A stretch of DNA of 63,668 bases, counting the filler, from Sphacelaria rigidula (Eukaryota), in NCBI GenBank assembly GCA_964200075.2. It is 5 parts of 5 records of this genome, joined end to end, with 100 filler letters (N's around TTAATTAATTAA, not from the genome) between each part and the next. Parts side by side here need not be neighbours in the genome. Positions count along the whole stretch, not along the records: positions 12,759 to 25,414 come from CAXNAA020003531.1; 4 more parts are not named here. The stretch is one strand, 5' to 3'. The notes under the pieces are model-generated. The model did no database searches. It was not told where the DNA came from and saw only the letters and a list, made by a program, of their open reading frames with translations. Position numbers and translations under genes: made by a program. Shown one piece after another: positions 12,928-23,414 of this stretch. The first letter of the stretch is position 1, and each line of letters starts with the position of its first letter.

Positions 12928-13794
12928 TTCCACCGTACTTTCTGCTACCCTGGTTGGCTGTTAGTGTCCCGCTTGTTGTATCATTTTTCTCTACCGCCTA
13001 CTGTCGGCTGTACTTTTCTCGCTCACCATCACACCGCATGTGGTCATGTGCACGTGCATTTTCCGCCCTCATGCAGTATCAACCTGTTTCGATCTGATCG
13101 TACAGTTTTTGTTTTGTCATTGTCGCATGCATGGTATCACCTTCGCCTGATCTACACCTGGTCAGCCATAACACCATCGTTGTACCTTACCAGCAATGAT
13201 CGTATTCTAGACATTCTTTATATTATCCCGGTAGTTTTATCCCAGAACAACCCACAACGATCAGTATGTACTTTGTTTCCGGGGTTGCATTTTTATTGTG
13301 GCTATGCGGATTTGTGGAATGCACGTGCAGTACAGTTTCCATTTTATGTCGATCTTGTTTGCTTTTCTTTCATCTTACATACTCATAATGTTTGCACCTC
13401 CGGTTGTCGCGTCTACCACAACTGTCTTTTGAGCCCCTCGATTGTATTTTTAGTGCTGGATAATTTTGCGCTGCCTGTACTCATCATGCTTGAGCAGGAT
13501 TCCGCTGGTAATCGTTTCATCTATCTGGTTCGCAAGGCCGAAACGCCGAATTTACCGCCCGGCACACGGCATTTCGATCTGCGTCACGTGGTATAAAACC
13601 GAGTAATATTTTCATGTACCCCAAGACTTTCAACGTATACTAACCACGCCCTCTATGACTTCCGCCCCTGTTTTACCCACACTCTTGTCCTGGGTGTTCG
13701 CATCCCGCTGAGGGAACCGGCGCTAAACGCCATTGCTTTGGGGAGGACACGCAGGAAACACTGAACGGTTTGCCAATGACGGTATGTTCCCGCG

Positions 13795-13893
13795 TGGAGT
13801 GTCTGCAATTTGGTTTGGTTTAGCTGATACCGGGTACCTTTTTATGGAGTGTCCGCAATTTGGTTTGGTTTAGCTAATCCCGGGTACCTTTTC
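13795..13893. repeat. About 50-bp tandem duplication
   Basis: tggagtgtcYgcaatttggtttggtttagct...ccgggtacctttt x2. Confidence 0.92.
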
Positions 13894-14379
13894 ATTGCAT
13901 TCTGGTAGCAGGGTCATTACCTTGGTGCCACTAAATAGGATCCCCATTTTATCCCACACTGGTGATCGATTGTATGGTTTGCTATTCACCAGGTTGACTT
14001 CTTGACGCATCCTGTACCGTAGTTGGATACTACCTTGTTCCTTCGCGGTACCATAGTTGAATAATACATTGTTCAGTTGCTTCAAACTTGGTTTTCGATA
14101 TCATGCTGCCACTCATCTTCCCGTGGATTGCCTTGTCATTACTTATTCAGTACGCAGACGTACGTAGTTTCCCTATTTTGCCTTTTTGCCCTTCATGCCC
14201 AGCCTACCATGCACGTTGCCTGCGCGACTATCTATATATATTTTTTACGGTCCTTACAGGCCCTACATATAGTTTTTGGACACTTGGATCGCTGAAATGG
14301 TCGCTGGACCCCCTTGGGGGAAGCGAAGCACGACCTCCATATTTTTTGCTGGTTGTTGTCTCGCGTGCACACCATTTGC

Positions 14380-14810
14380 CACAAAACAACGCGGTTTTCC
14401 ACCATGAGAACGCTGTATGATCAGAAAAGAAATGCACAAGCTTCTTGACCGAGGTGTTACTCACCCAACGTTCCCCGGCGAAGTTTGTGGACTACACGAT
14501 TTTATGTTGAGTAAAATTTGCCAAGTTCGCCAAATATATCTTCACTGCAGGGTCTCACAGGTTCCTTAGCCTGTTAATCGATAATACCGGCATACAACCA
14601 GCCCCCTCCGATTGCAACGCAATTGCTCAGACGTCATGTTCATACAATCGAAAAACCACGTTCGTTTCTGAAGCCACCAGGTACCTTGGACAATTTGTCC
14701 AGGAGTGTAGCATTCTAGGCGCCCTGCCGGCCGATATTCTATATAAGTAGGAAAGCCAGCAGTATTGCTGCGCGATGTAGGTAAATGCGCGCTCTCCTTT
14801 TTCTGTCAAA
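14380..14810 (-). pseudogene. Possible decayed LTR-retrotransposon integrase fragment
   Basis: Fragments TYIAQQYCWLSYL and GERWVSNTSVKKLVHFFSDHTAFS loosely resemble gypsy integrase motifs; frames are broken. Confidence 0.25.
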
Positions 14811-15529
14811 CTCTTGTGCCGTATAACTGCAGCAAGACTTCACCCCACAATCCGGTCGTCTCATGGTGGCTCAGCTAGGATATGACATACGAACTAGACT
14901 CTCGCACAATGAGCATCAATGTACAAGTCATGCGTGTGAGGGCATGTTTCTTGTTATTGCTGTGCTCTGTCTCGGTATATTTAGTACAACGTACCTCATT
15001 ATTATATTTTTACTCAGCATGCCTTGTCTATTTTATTCTCGCCATGATTATGTCTACAGTTTCACAGGATTCGAAAACCTAGGGGGACGGCTGCTGAAAA
15101 GGTTACAGAATTGTACAAATCTTGGCCCCAGAGAGAGTACGTTTCACGCACACTCTTGCGCAATCGTACCCTACCCGACGACCCGACGCCATGCTCCCGT
15201 CTGACACGTTTTCCCTTGAGCTCTGGACTGGCCGTAAACATTACAAACGTACCACCAGTGTCTCAAAAAGCAAGATGTTTCTTCCATATCCGCCCACCCC
15301 ATCCGAAGCACTCCATACCCGAAGTGTTTGCGTCCCACCTTGGGGTGGACCAAACTGGAACGCTACAGCCACATTCCACCTGACCCCTGAATTTGTCCCC
15401 GTGTTGGACTGCATTGCCTGTATCTGTCACCATGTTGGATTGTCGAGAACTCTCAGTTGTTTCAGGCATTGACGGGTGGGGAAAAGGGAAAGACTTCAAG
15501 GAGGGGGGGGAATTACTCATTTGTTTCGA

Positions 15530-15718
15530 GCATCCAAGTAATTTCCTTAGCTGCTGTAATCTGCACTGTTCCCAACTCGTTTACCAACTTCACTGCATCC
15601 AAGTATTCTCTGAGCTGTTGCAATCTGTACTGTTCCCAACTTCTTCACTAATTTTATTGCATCCGAGTATTCTATTAGCTGCTGCCAGCTGCACTGTTTC
15701 CAGATTCTTCAGCAACTC
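15530..15718. repeat. Degenerate 64-65-bp tandem repeat x3
   Basis: gcatccRagta...agctg..g....ctgYactgttYcca units start at 15530, 15595 and 15659. Confidence 0.85.
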
Positions 15719-16061
15719 ACCTCTTGCTTCGCCATGTCTAATGCTAATATCAGGTCATCATAGAATACCTCGAGTAGAGAGGGTGATAACGTACATCCTG
15801 GTGCGACTCCTTGCAAAATGTTAAAACATTTCGATATTTCCCTGTCTAGCATCATCGCACTTTTGGCACATATATGTCGTCTTCATCGTCCACACATTTC
15901 CTTTGATCACAGTTCCTCATATCTTTTCCCCCAGCTCATTGCCCCATACCGCGTCATGAGCCTTTTGCACCTGTGTCACCCCACAGTTTCTTCGACCCCG
16001 CCACCGCACTCGAAGCACCCCGCTTCCCCACGTAGTGATGCCTTAAAGCTTTTGCCCATAG

Positions 16062-18138
16062 GTGCTACCTCCTGGAAATGCTATAGCAGTGCCGAGCTGA
16101 AGCACGACGTGTATGATTATGGGAATTTCTTTCGGCGAGTACGGTGCTAAGATGGAGACTGGAAAGAGCTATCTCACCGGGAACTCGAGCGCCCCAAGCT
16201 GGAACGGAGGAACCAAAGCGAGACTGGAGCCATGGACGTGTACGAATAGCTGTTGTGTGATGTGGTATATGGTATCATTGCGAGAGGAAAACGGTAATGA
16301 AATGAGGGAATATGTAACTATATATTGCAGCTACCGTACGCTTCAGTCATGAATTTCGAGTGTTCTTGTCTTTTTCTTGTGCCGCTTTGTTATTGATCGC
16401 TTCCTCTTTGGTAATATACGGGCACATGTGTGAGCCAAGGCGTGTGGGCTCTATTTCCAGTAAATTAGGTCTCAGTAGTTACAGAAGAGCATCGCTCAAA
16501 AGCTGCACTCCTGTAACTATTGATCAATTCGTGGAAACGTTTTTAGCGAGGTTCGAGCCCCGCACTACCCCAGAATCCAGCGTAACTGATCCGGGTTGTC
16601 GACACGCGATCACGCTAACTAGCCGATCGTTCTCCGGTCTAACTGAGATCCCGGGAAAACGACAGCGACCGTACTTGTCTGCTGTTTCTGTCGTTGGAAA
16701 GAGCATGATAGATTTTTTCTTTTCCTAACGGATGGAGTTTTCCCCTGCTTATCAGCGTTCACCTATTCATTGGATCTGCAACGAGTTTTCCCCTGTACTG
16801 TAATTCAGCAAGTTTCTCTCGTTTTACTTTCAGGTGTATGATGCACGAGCTTTATTTTTGTTCTTCCCCCTCCAGCCCTCCAATAAATTTGTAATTAGCC
16901 ATATAAATATGGCTAGGGAGATGTTACAGATTTATTGGTCATTTTCCAGTCGACTAGGTTCCATGTGTCATACTTTGTCATGCTTGGCACCTGACGGGTC
17001 ATACTACATTTTGTGGTAGATTTGATCTGTCTCCCGTCGGGTGTCACAGCGTTTTGGACTATGCATCTCAACTAGCAAGCACAAATTAGCTTGTACGCCA
17101 ATAATACAACACCATCTACGCCATCACGGACTGCGGTGTCAGAGGGTTCTCTGGTCTTCACAAAATGTAAGCCTGACCTTCATGCAGCATATATGTTGTT
17201 CTCGCAGCCTGCGCGGCTCACGGGTATGCAGCCGACGCAGCGAACATGACTGACTCTGCACTTGGTAACGTCGAGCTCAATGGCTTCGATACTAATGATT
17301 GTGTTAGGCCCCGCTAGCCCTCGGTGCCCACTAAACTGGCCACTTCCTACCTAGGTGGTGAGTATCGAAGCATGACATATCCACTAGAACAGGGCGAGTT
17401 AGTGCAGGGTCCTCTAGATACGGATCCCACTCTGTGCGCATCGGTTTTGAAACACACATCCTCGTCTGTTGTGCAAGAATTATGCTGTTTACTGCTATGT
17501 GTTCGACACTCCGTACCAACCGCGATGTTACGCCTTCGGCGCTACTACCCGCTCACTGCACAGCGGCAGGGTGCAAGGTGACAAAGCACAACACAGAACG
17601 CCACATCCTCAGCCTACCGCTGTGCTGCGTTGACTTCGCGCTGCCCTATGCAGTTCGCCACATCATGCACGCAACCGCTTGTGCTGCGGTCAACGTGCAC
17701 GCGGGATATCATTTTGTAAAGCTCTTCGTGTTGTAGCTACAGCGTGCGTTTGCCCCAGGATGCGCACGCAGGAGTGGAAGGCCGCCTCTGCTGCTGTCAT
17801 GGCTGCCTGTATCTTGAGCGAAGCTGCATGGTAACACAGTCGGTATGGCGCGAAAGCCGCCTGTAGCATTCGATGCCCTGGAGATTTTTACACACTGTTG
17901 TTGTCTCGATGTGTAGCGTTGCAGTTATCGACTTGAGGTACGAGTATTACACAAATTATAGTCGGCAATATATTGTATATTGTGTGCAGTGAACTTCTGA
18001 CACCGTGTTCGTACCGACTGTAGAATCTTCGTCCAGGGTCTGGGACATTTCAACATGATGCAGGAATCTGATACATTTTGACACATAATGTGGCGCGGTG
18101 AGATGGTGCAAAATCCACTACATCTGGGCGAACTGCAG
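16062..18138 (+). pseudogene. Decayed spliced gene, probably a KDZ-like transposase (copy A)
   Basis: Phase-0 compatible exons ..17577, 17759-17830 and 18037-18138 give HCTAAGCK|DAHAGVEGRLCCCHGCL..|GLGHFNMMQESDTF*. Other exon-like pieces carry HGYAADAANM and DWKELSHREL. Contains stops. Confidence 0.4.
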
Positions 18139-18860
18139 GTGAGGCAATCTCAAAAATATTCACCTGTGAACTCTGCAACAGTGCACTGTAAGTTGATATC
18201 GGTAGAAGGACATCACCATAACGCATACTTGTAACCTTGACCTTGTTTGGTTTTGAAAAACGTCGATCCTGAGGTGTTTTGAACTACGATGCAGACCTAA
18301 AAAGCCCGTGTTTGAACGAAACAAGGGGAGTGATAATCATTTCGTGATAGTGATAGTGAAGTGACGGTTCACAACTTCATGATACGAGAAATCACGGACC
18401 GTTCTCATCGAGTATGCTAGGGTGGGAAACACGTGATACAGAAACGGTAAAACAGCACGCGAACAGACCAGCGACTTCAAGGAGGGCGGCAATCCCGTGC
18501 AAGAGGGTATGGATATTGTCGCAGGTCGAAACGCGGACCGCGTTCCGCGCGAGAAGGAGAAGAAGCAACAGCGGCAGTATCAGCAGCATATTTACTGCCA
18601 GTATATGTACGCGGCTGGGGGTGGGGTAAATCAGCCACTGCCGATACTGCTGCTGCTGCCGCTGCCGCTGCCGCTGCTGCCGTTTTTCCTCGTGGGAGAA
18701 GCGGTCCGCGTTTCAATCGTGCTACAACGCCCACGCACCTTACGCACGGGACCGTCTTTCATCCAATACTGGACGGATTTCCGTCAAACAAAGGCTGTCT
18801 TGTGTGAATGATGAGCTAGCGCTTGAGCAATGCGCGTGAGTGGTGGGTGTCTATGCGTCG

Positions 18861-19819
18861 CAGAAATCCAATGCCGAATATGGAATAGTCTGAGACAATA
18901 ACCAATTTAAAATTGGAATGACCGATGCTGCGTCGTTTTTTTTAATCTGGAGCCCACGCAGCAGATTTGAACGACACGACAGTAACGAAACAACTCACGC
19001 AGAAATGGGGGGAAGAACTATTACATGGGACATCAAAGCAGACAGCTCCTGCCATCAAACGCTGGGGATAGAGCAGTTCCGTGCTGGCTAAATTTGTTCT
19101 CCCAAACGTGCACGCGTCCGCCTTGCATGTCTTCTCCGATCCCAGCACCCGACTATAGCTGAAGTAGAGTACGGACGGAGACGCAACAGACAGCTGCACA
19201 GTCGTCACGTGATCGTTTCATCGGGTCACCTTTGTGTACAGACAGTAGCTAGTGTACAGCACGTTGATCTTACCCCACTTCGGTGCTTACTGGAACACCG
19301 CATGCAGAACTACAACTGTTCACGCACTCTCCAGCGCACATCACACCATGTTCGTCGTAGAGTGTTCAAATGCACAATTGCACCGCGACAATTGCAGCAT
19401 AGAAATGATGGGTGTGGGAAGCGTCTCGTTCGTTTGACTACATATTCTGAAATATATATTGCTGTGTTGTCGTAGTAGTACAGCAGCAGCAGCTGGACAC
19501 AATTAATTTTGCAACAAGAGAAGCTGATGCATACTGTATACAGTCCGTCTTCAGGTCTAAAACTAAAAAACACTGCAGAACTACTGTGTTCTCTTGTGTT
19601 CAGTGTAGTACTCTGTACTCCATATACCACTGCAGAATTGTATTGTGCTTAGTGTAGTACCCTGCACTCCAGATAATGGGTTCACGATTTGAGTAGTTCT
19701 TGGAAAGTTCTGCTCGTTTTTTGAGTAGTTCTCGAAAAGTTCTACTTGTTTTTCTGTCACAGAAATCCAATGCCGAATCTGGAATAGCCTGAGACAGCAA
19801 CCAGTTTAAAAATCGGAAC
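18861..19819. repeat. About 60-bp direct repeat pair (18861-18919, 19760-19819)
   Basis: cagaaatccaatgccgaatMtggaatagYctgagaca..aacca.tttaaaa x2. Confidence 0.9.
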
Positions 19820-20106
19820 CATATCTTTTTTCGATCGAAAAAAAGTGCGGTGGAATTGATTTGAGCGAAATCGCTTATCTCTCGCGAGCCGGGTCCAAGC
19901 GAATCTACGAGCTATCGATCGAAAAAGATAGAAATTCGTAAAACGGTACTTGTTCGCTTGTCTACAGTACAGTACAGTACTGTCTGCGCTGCATGCACAC
20001 AGCGTGCATGAGTGTGTGTGCGCGCGCGTGTTTGTACAGTATGTGAAAGAGAAGCGGGCAACGCTCAGTGCAGACAGCGCAGAACTATCTGTACTCTGCT
20101 TACAGT

Positions 20107-20940
20107 TATGGGGGTGATTGGAGCCCGATTTTGGGCACTATATACCTGGAAAATGGACCGACCAACTCCACAGTCAGTTTAATGCGGAAGAGATGAAACC
20201 TAAATGAGCCAATCAGTATCAATCACAAGTACAGGCGTCACTCGAAATGACGACAGCGCTCATACCAAATGTACTATTGCTATAGTACATTTTCCAACAC
20301 ACCTGTGGCTGTCGTTGCTGTACACCTGTACACAGGGTTACAACAACAGGAGGATATATGCTCCTGCTCGTGTTGTTGCTGTGCCCCTCTTGTTGCAGTA
20401 TACTATTGTGCTCATCTTTCAACTCTATGTTCTCGACAACGACGCAGAGGATTGGACTGCGGTTTGATGCTTGCGCTTCCAATGCACCGGAAATATCAAG
20501 TGTGGCGACAGGTTTCCGTACGCGTGCCGCTGGGCCTGCAGCACTTTGCAAACCACTGCACCAAATACAAAATGTTCTGAAAAACGCGTTTCCTGCAACG
20601 TTCTGGGGTTTTTCGGATCCCCCTGTGGCGAATGAAAAAAATCCGATTGCGTGCTGAAAAGGTCTAGTGTGTGTGCGGGGGGCTGTGAAGTTCCACAGCC
20701 CGCTGTGCTTCCTGTCTCGAGATACTGTAATTGCGATGAAAAAAAGTTTATATGTCGCATACTAAAGCTAGGTAACTTGGGATGGAGCGTGTGTCATTTC
20801 CGGCAGAGATTCGGCACAGGTTCGGCACAGGCCCTACCAGTCTGTGACGTCTTCAATACGTCCTCAATATTCGTCCGCATTCATTTTATTTTTTGTAGGT
20901 AACAGATTTTTGGTCGGTAAGGCCTTAATTCACCCCCATA
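20107..20940. mobile_element. Non-autonomous TIR element with TATGGGGGTGA termini
   Basis: 11-bp exact TIR; acagt on both flanks; empty-site paralog at about 29780-29830. Confidence 0.8.
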
Positions 20941-20942
20941 TA

Positions 20943-21255
20943 ACAGTGCGACGTGAACAGCACTTGAAGAACGTGCGGCTTTGTAGTGTCTGCACTGTCC
21001 ATGAGTGCATGCAAGTCGGTCATCCACCCTCCCACGCTGTACCGTTGGCGACCCCCACCATGAAAGAGGATGCTCAAGTTTTTTTATAAAAAAGACTAGA
21101 CACATCATACCCAACGACTACAGTGTATTCATCCCTGTGCCCAACACATGTTCTACGCTGCAGGATTGAAGTGGTGGTTGAGAATGCATCGTGTGGGGTT
21201 TGCATGGTTCTGTGAACGGGTGGTATTTGGCGGTGTGGGCTGCAAGATAGGAATC
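20943..21255 (-). repeat. Dispersed repeat. The same copy continues at about 20040-20106; a paralog lies at 29478-29850 in the opposite orientation.
   Basis: By-eye alignment, e.g. gtttgcatggttctgtgaac is the reverse complement of gttcacagaaccatgcaaac. Confidence 0.85.
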
Positions 21256-21304
21256 AAGTCCCGCTTCGTACATATCCTCCGCATGTTTTCGATCGAAAAG
21301 GCCA

Positions 21305-22233
21305 AGGGCAGGTCGGGTAGGGTATGTCCGGACATTTACTCTACCCAAGGGATGGGTGGATTGGGTATGGCCCCAAATATTCCACCCATTTTTTTTTCAT
21401 ACTTCGGGGGCGACCTCAACTACTCTTATCCAAATTTACGATTACTTCACCTAAATATTGGGTAAAGACCCTCAGCAATACCTGGGTATAGATTATCACT
21501 TGAGCATGACTCCAATACTCTACCCAACGTTTGGGTAGACCGGGTGCGACCTCAAATACTCTACCCGAATATTGAGTGAGCACTCTCAGCAATACCTGGG
21601 CATAAAGTATCCCTTGCGTATGGCCTCAATACTCTACCCGAATATTGGGTATGCTGGGTACGATCTAAAATAATCTACCCAAATATTTGGGTACCAAGGC
21701 CGCATGTTATGTCACGCAGACTTTTGGCCCACGGATTGGTCACTTTCGGGACGTTTGAGCCACTTTTTTACCCCCAAACAGGGAACATCGCCAGCATACG
21801 TTTTGGACCCTTTGCATCACCCCACAGAGAGGAGCCTGGTCCACTTTTCACATTCGCTTGACTCCACGGTATCGAGAGCGGCTGCTGAACAATAATCCGT
21901 GTGCAACAAAATCTGCGGCAATCTTCAAAGATGATTGGGCAAACTGGCGGGGGTCGGCAAGCACAGATATTTGCACACGATTTTTTGTTCAGCGGCCAAT
22001 CTCGAAACCTCGGAGCCAAGCGAATCTGAAAAGCAGACTAGGCTATCTGAGGGGTGATGCAAAGTGCCCGAGACGTGTGTTGGCGATTCTTCCCATTTGG
22101 GGGTCAAAAAGTTGGTCAAACGTCCCAAAAGTGAACAATCCGTGGGCCAAAAACCTGTTTGCCAAAACATCCGGCCTAAGAGTATGACTTTTCTAAATAC
22201 CGAGTATTGGGTATACCCTACCCGATCTGCCCT
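21305..22233. mobile_element. MITE with AGGGCAGRTCGGGTAGGGTAT TIRs and internal ctaccc/gggta repeats
   Basis: 21-bp TIR with one mismatch; interrupted by a nested element. Confidence 0.85.
21698..22176. mobile_element. Nested foldback MITE, PIF/Harbinger (Tourist)-like
   Basis: GGCC termini, about 200-bp imperfect inverted arms, flanks caa/taa; second copy at 63407. Confidence 0.85.
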
Positions 22234-22598
22234 CGCAAGATTGTCCGTTTTATGTTTCCTCGTCAGGACCGAAAGTGGACGTTATGGACAGGCAAGCCGC
22301 CCTGCTCGTTTTTTCTCTGTTTTTTTTGCGTCTCGATGTGAAGCGGCCCAAGAACCAACAACAATCCTGAGAAGAATGAACATGTGGCAGGTTCCTACGA
22401 GAGCTTCAGATAGGAGACCGGACAAAAAGCAAGGCCGTTAAAGCGAATTGCAACAGCAACGACCATCTCAAGACCGAAGTACTACGTTCGTGCCCATCGT
22501 GATTACACCGACACTTCTCAAGTTGTAATAAAACACCCCAAAACGCCCCGCCCGCATAGAATATCACCCAAAAACTTGTCGAGTCACACAAGAAACGG

Positions 22599-23027
22599 TC
22601 ACCGACCCTTGTATGGCCCCTTGGCACGTGGATCTGAAGATTCTAACGTACCAGCGTTTTCCTTGCTACCAATTGAGGAACTGTATCTTTCATTCAACGG
22701 CATCCCCGCCTGTTTTCCTCCGCCTCCCTCGTCTCCTATTGCCCCGCTGCTGTTTCCTCGAGATTGCTCCCTGCCACTAGACTCAAGACAACCGGCCTGA
22801 CCACCACCACTTGCATCACCCCCATGTACACGAGGTGCAGTGCTATCGCTATTGCTACTACTGCTGTCGGTCGCTGTCCGATTCTTGCCTGCACCAAGAA
22901 AACCTAGAGTTTTCCACCACGGTGCAGGATTACCTTGCTCAGCCGTGGTTTGGCCCTCAAGACCACTGCGATGATCCTGATGCATGGCTTGAAAGGCTTC
23001 CAAGCTCTCTAGCCTTCGATTGATGGC
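22599..23027 (-). CDS. Terminal exon of an uncharacterised gene (AINRRLESLEAFQ...PWWKTLGFLG...KGR*)
   Basis: Acceptor ccacgcag followed by an open frame to the stop; Gly/Ser-rich tail. Upstream exons uncertain. Confidence 0.5.
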   Translation of the reverse strand, partial: AINRRLESLEAFQAMHQDHRSGLEGQTTAEQGNPAPWWKTLGFLGAGKNRTATDSSSSNSDSTAPRVHGGDASGGGQAGCLESSGREQSRGNSSGAIGDEGGGGKQAGMPLNERYSSSIGSKENAGTLESSDPRAKGPYKGR

Positions 23028-23160
23028 CTGCGTGGATACCATGGAAACGAGTATCGTTATTTTAGTCAACGGGGCGGAGACAGGAGGGATGCAGCAGGCG
23101 GCCAATGAGGTTCATGTCGTCGTATAGTAGCCTCGTTGAGGTCGTTGCCCCCAGCAGATA

Positions 23161-23214
23161 AGGGTAGGGTTAGGGTTAGGGTTAGGGTTAGTGTTGGGGT
23201 CAAGGATAGGGTTA
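23161..23214 (+). repeat. Interstitial telomere-like (TTAGGG)n tract
   Basis: agggtagggttagggttagggttagggttag followed by degenerate units. Confidence 0.9.
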
Positions 23215-23414
23215 CCACATCTCATGCACTAACTCATCCGTGTAGCTCTCACTGCTGCGATTCCGACTCGGGGTTCCTGATATTTTGAAGCTCACGAGGT
23301 TGATGGTATGCATGGATACGATGCAACCACGTGGAATGGGGATGAGGCAGTGGGCGGGCTCTCGTCATGGTTCGTTTCCCAAGCTTCTCACCACCTGACT
23401 CGTTACTGTGGACC

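Noticed and set aside
12763..13596. 277-aa Cys-rich ORF
   Set aside because: Produced by a simple repeat plus T-rich sequence; no domain or splice support.
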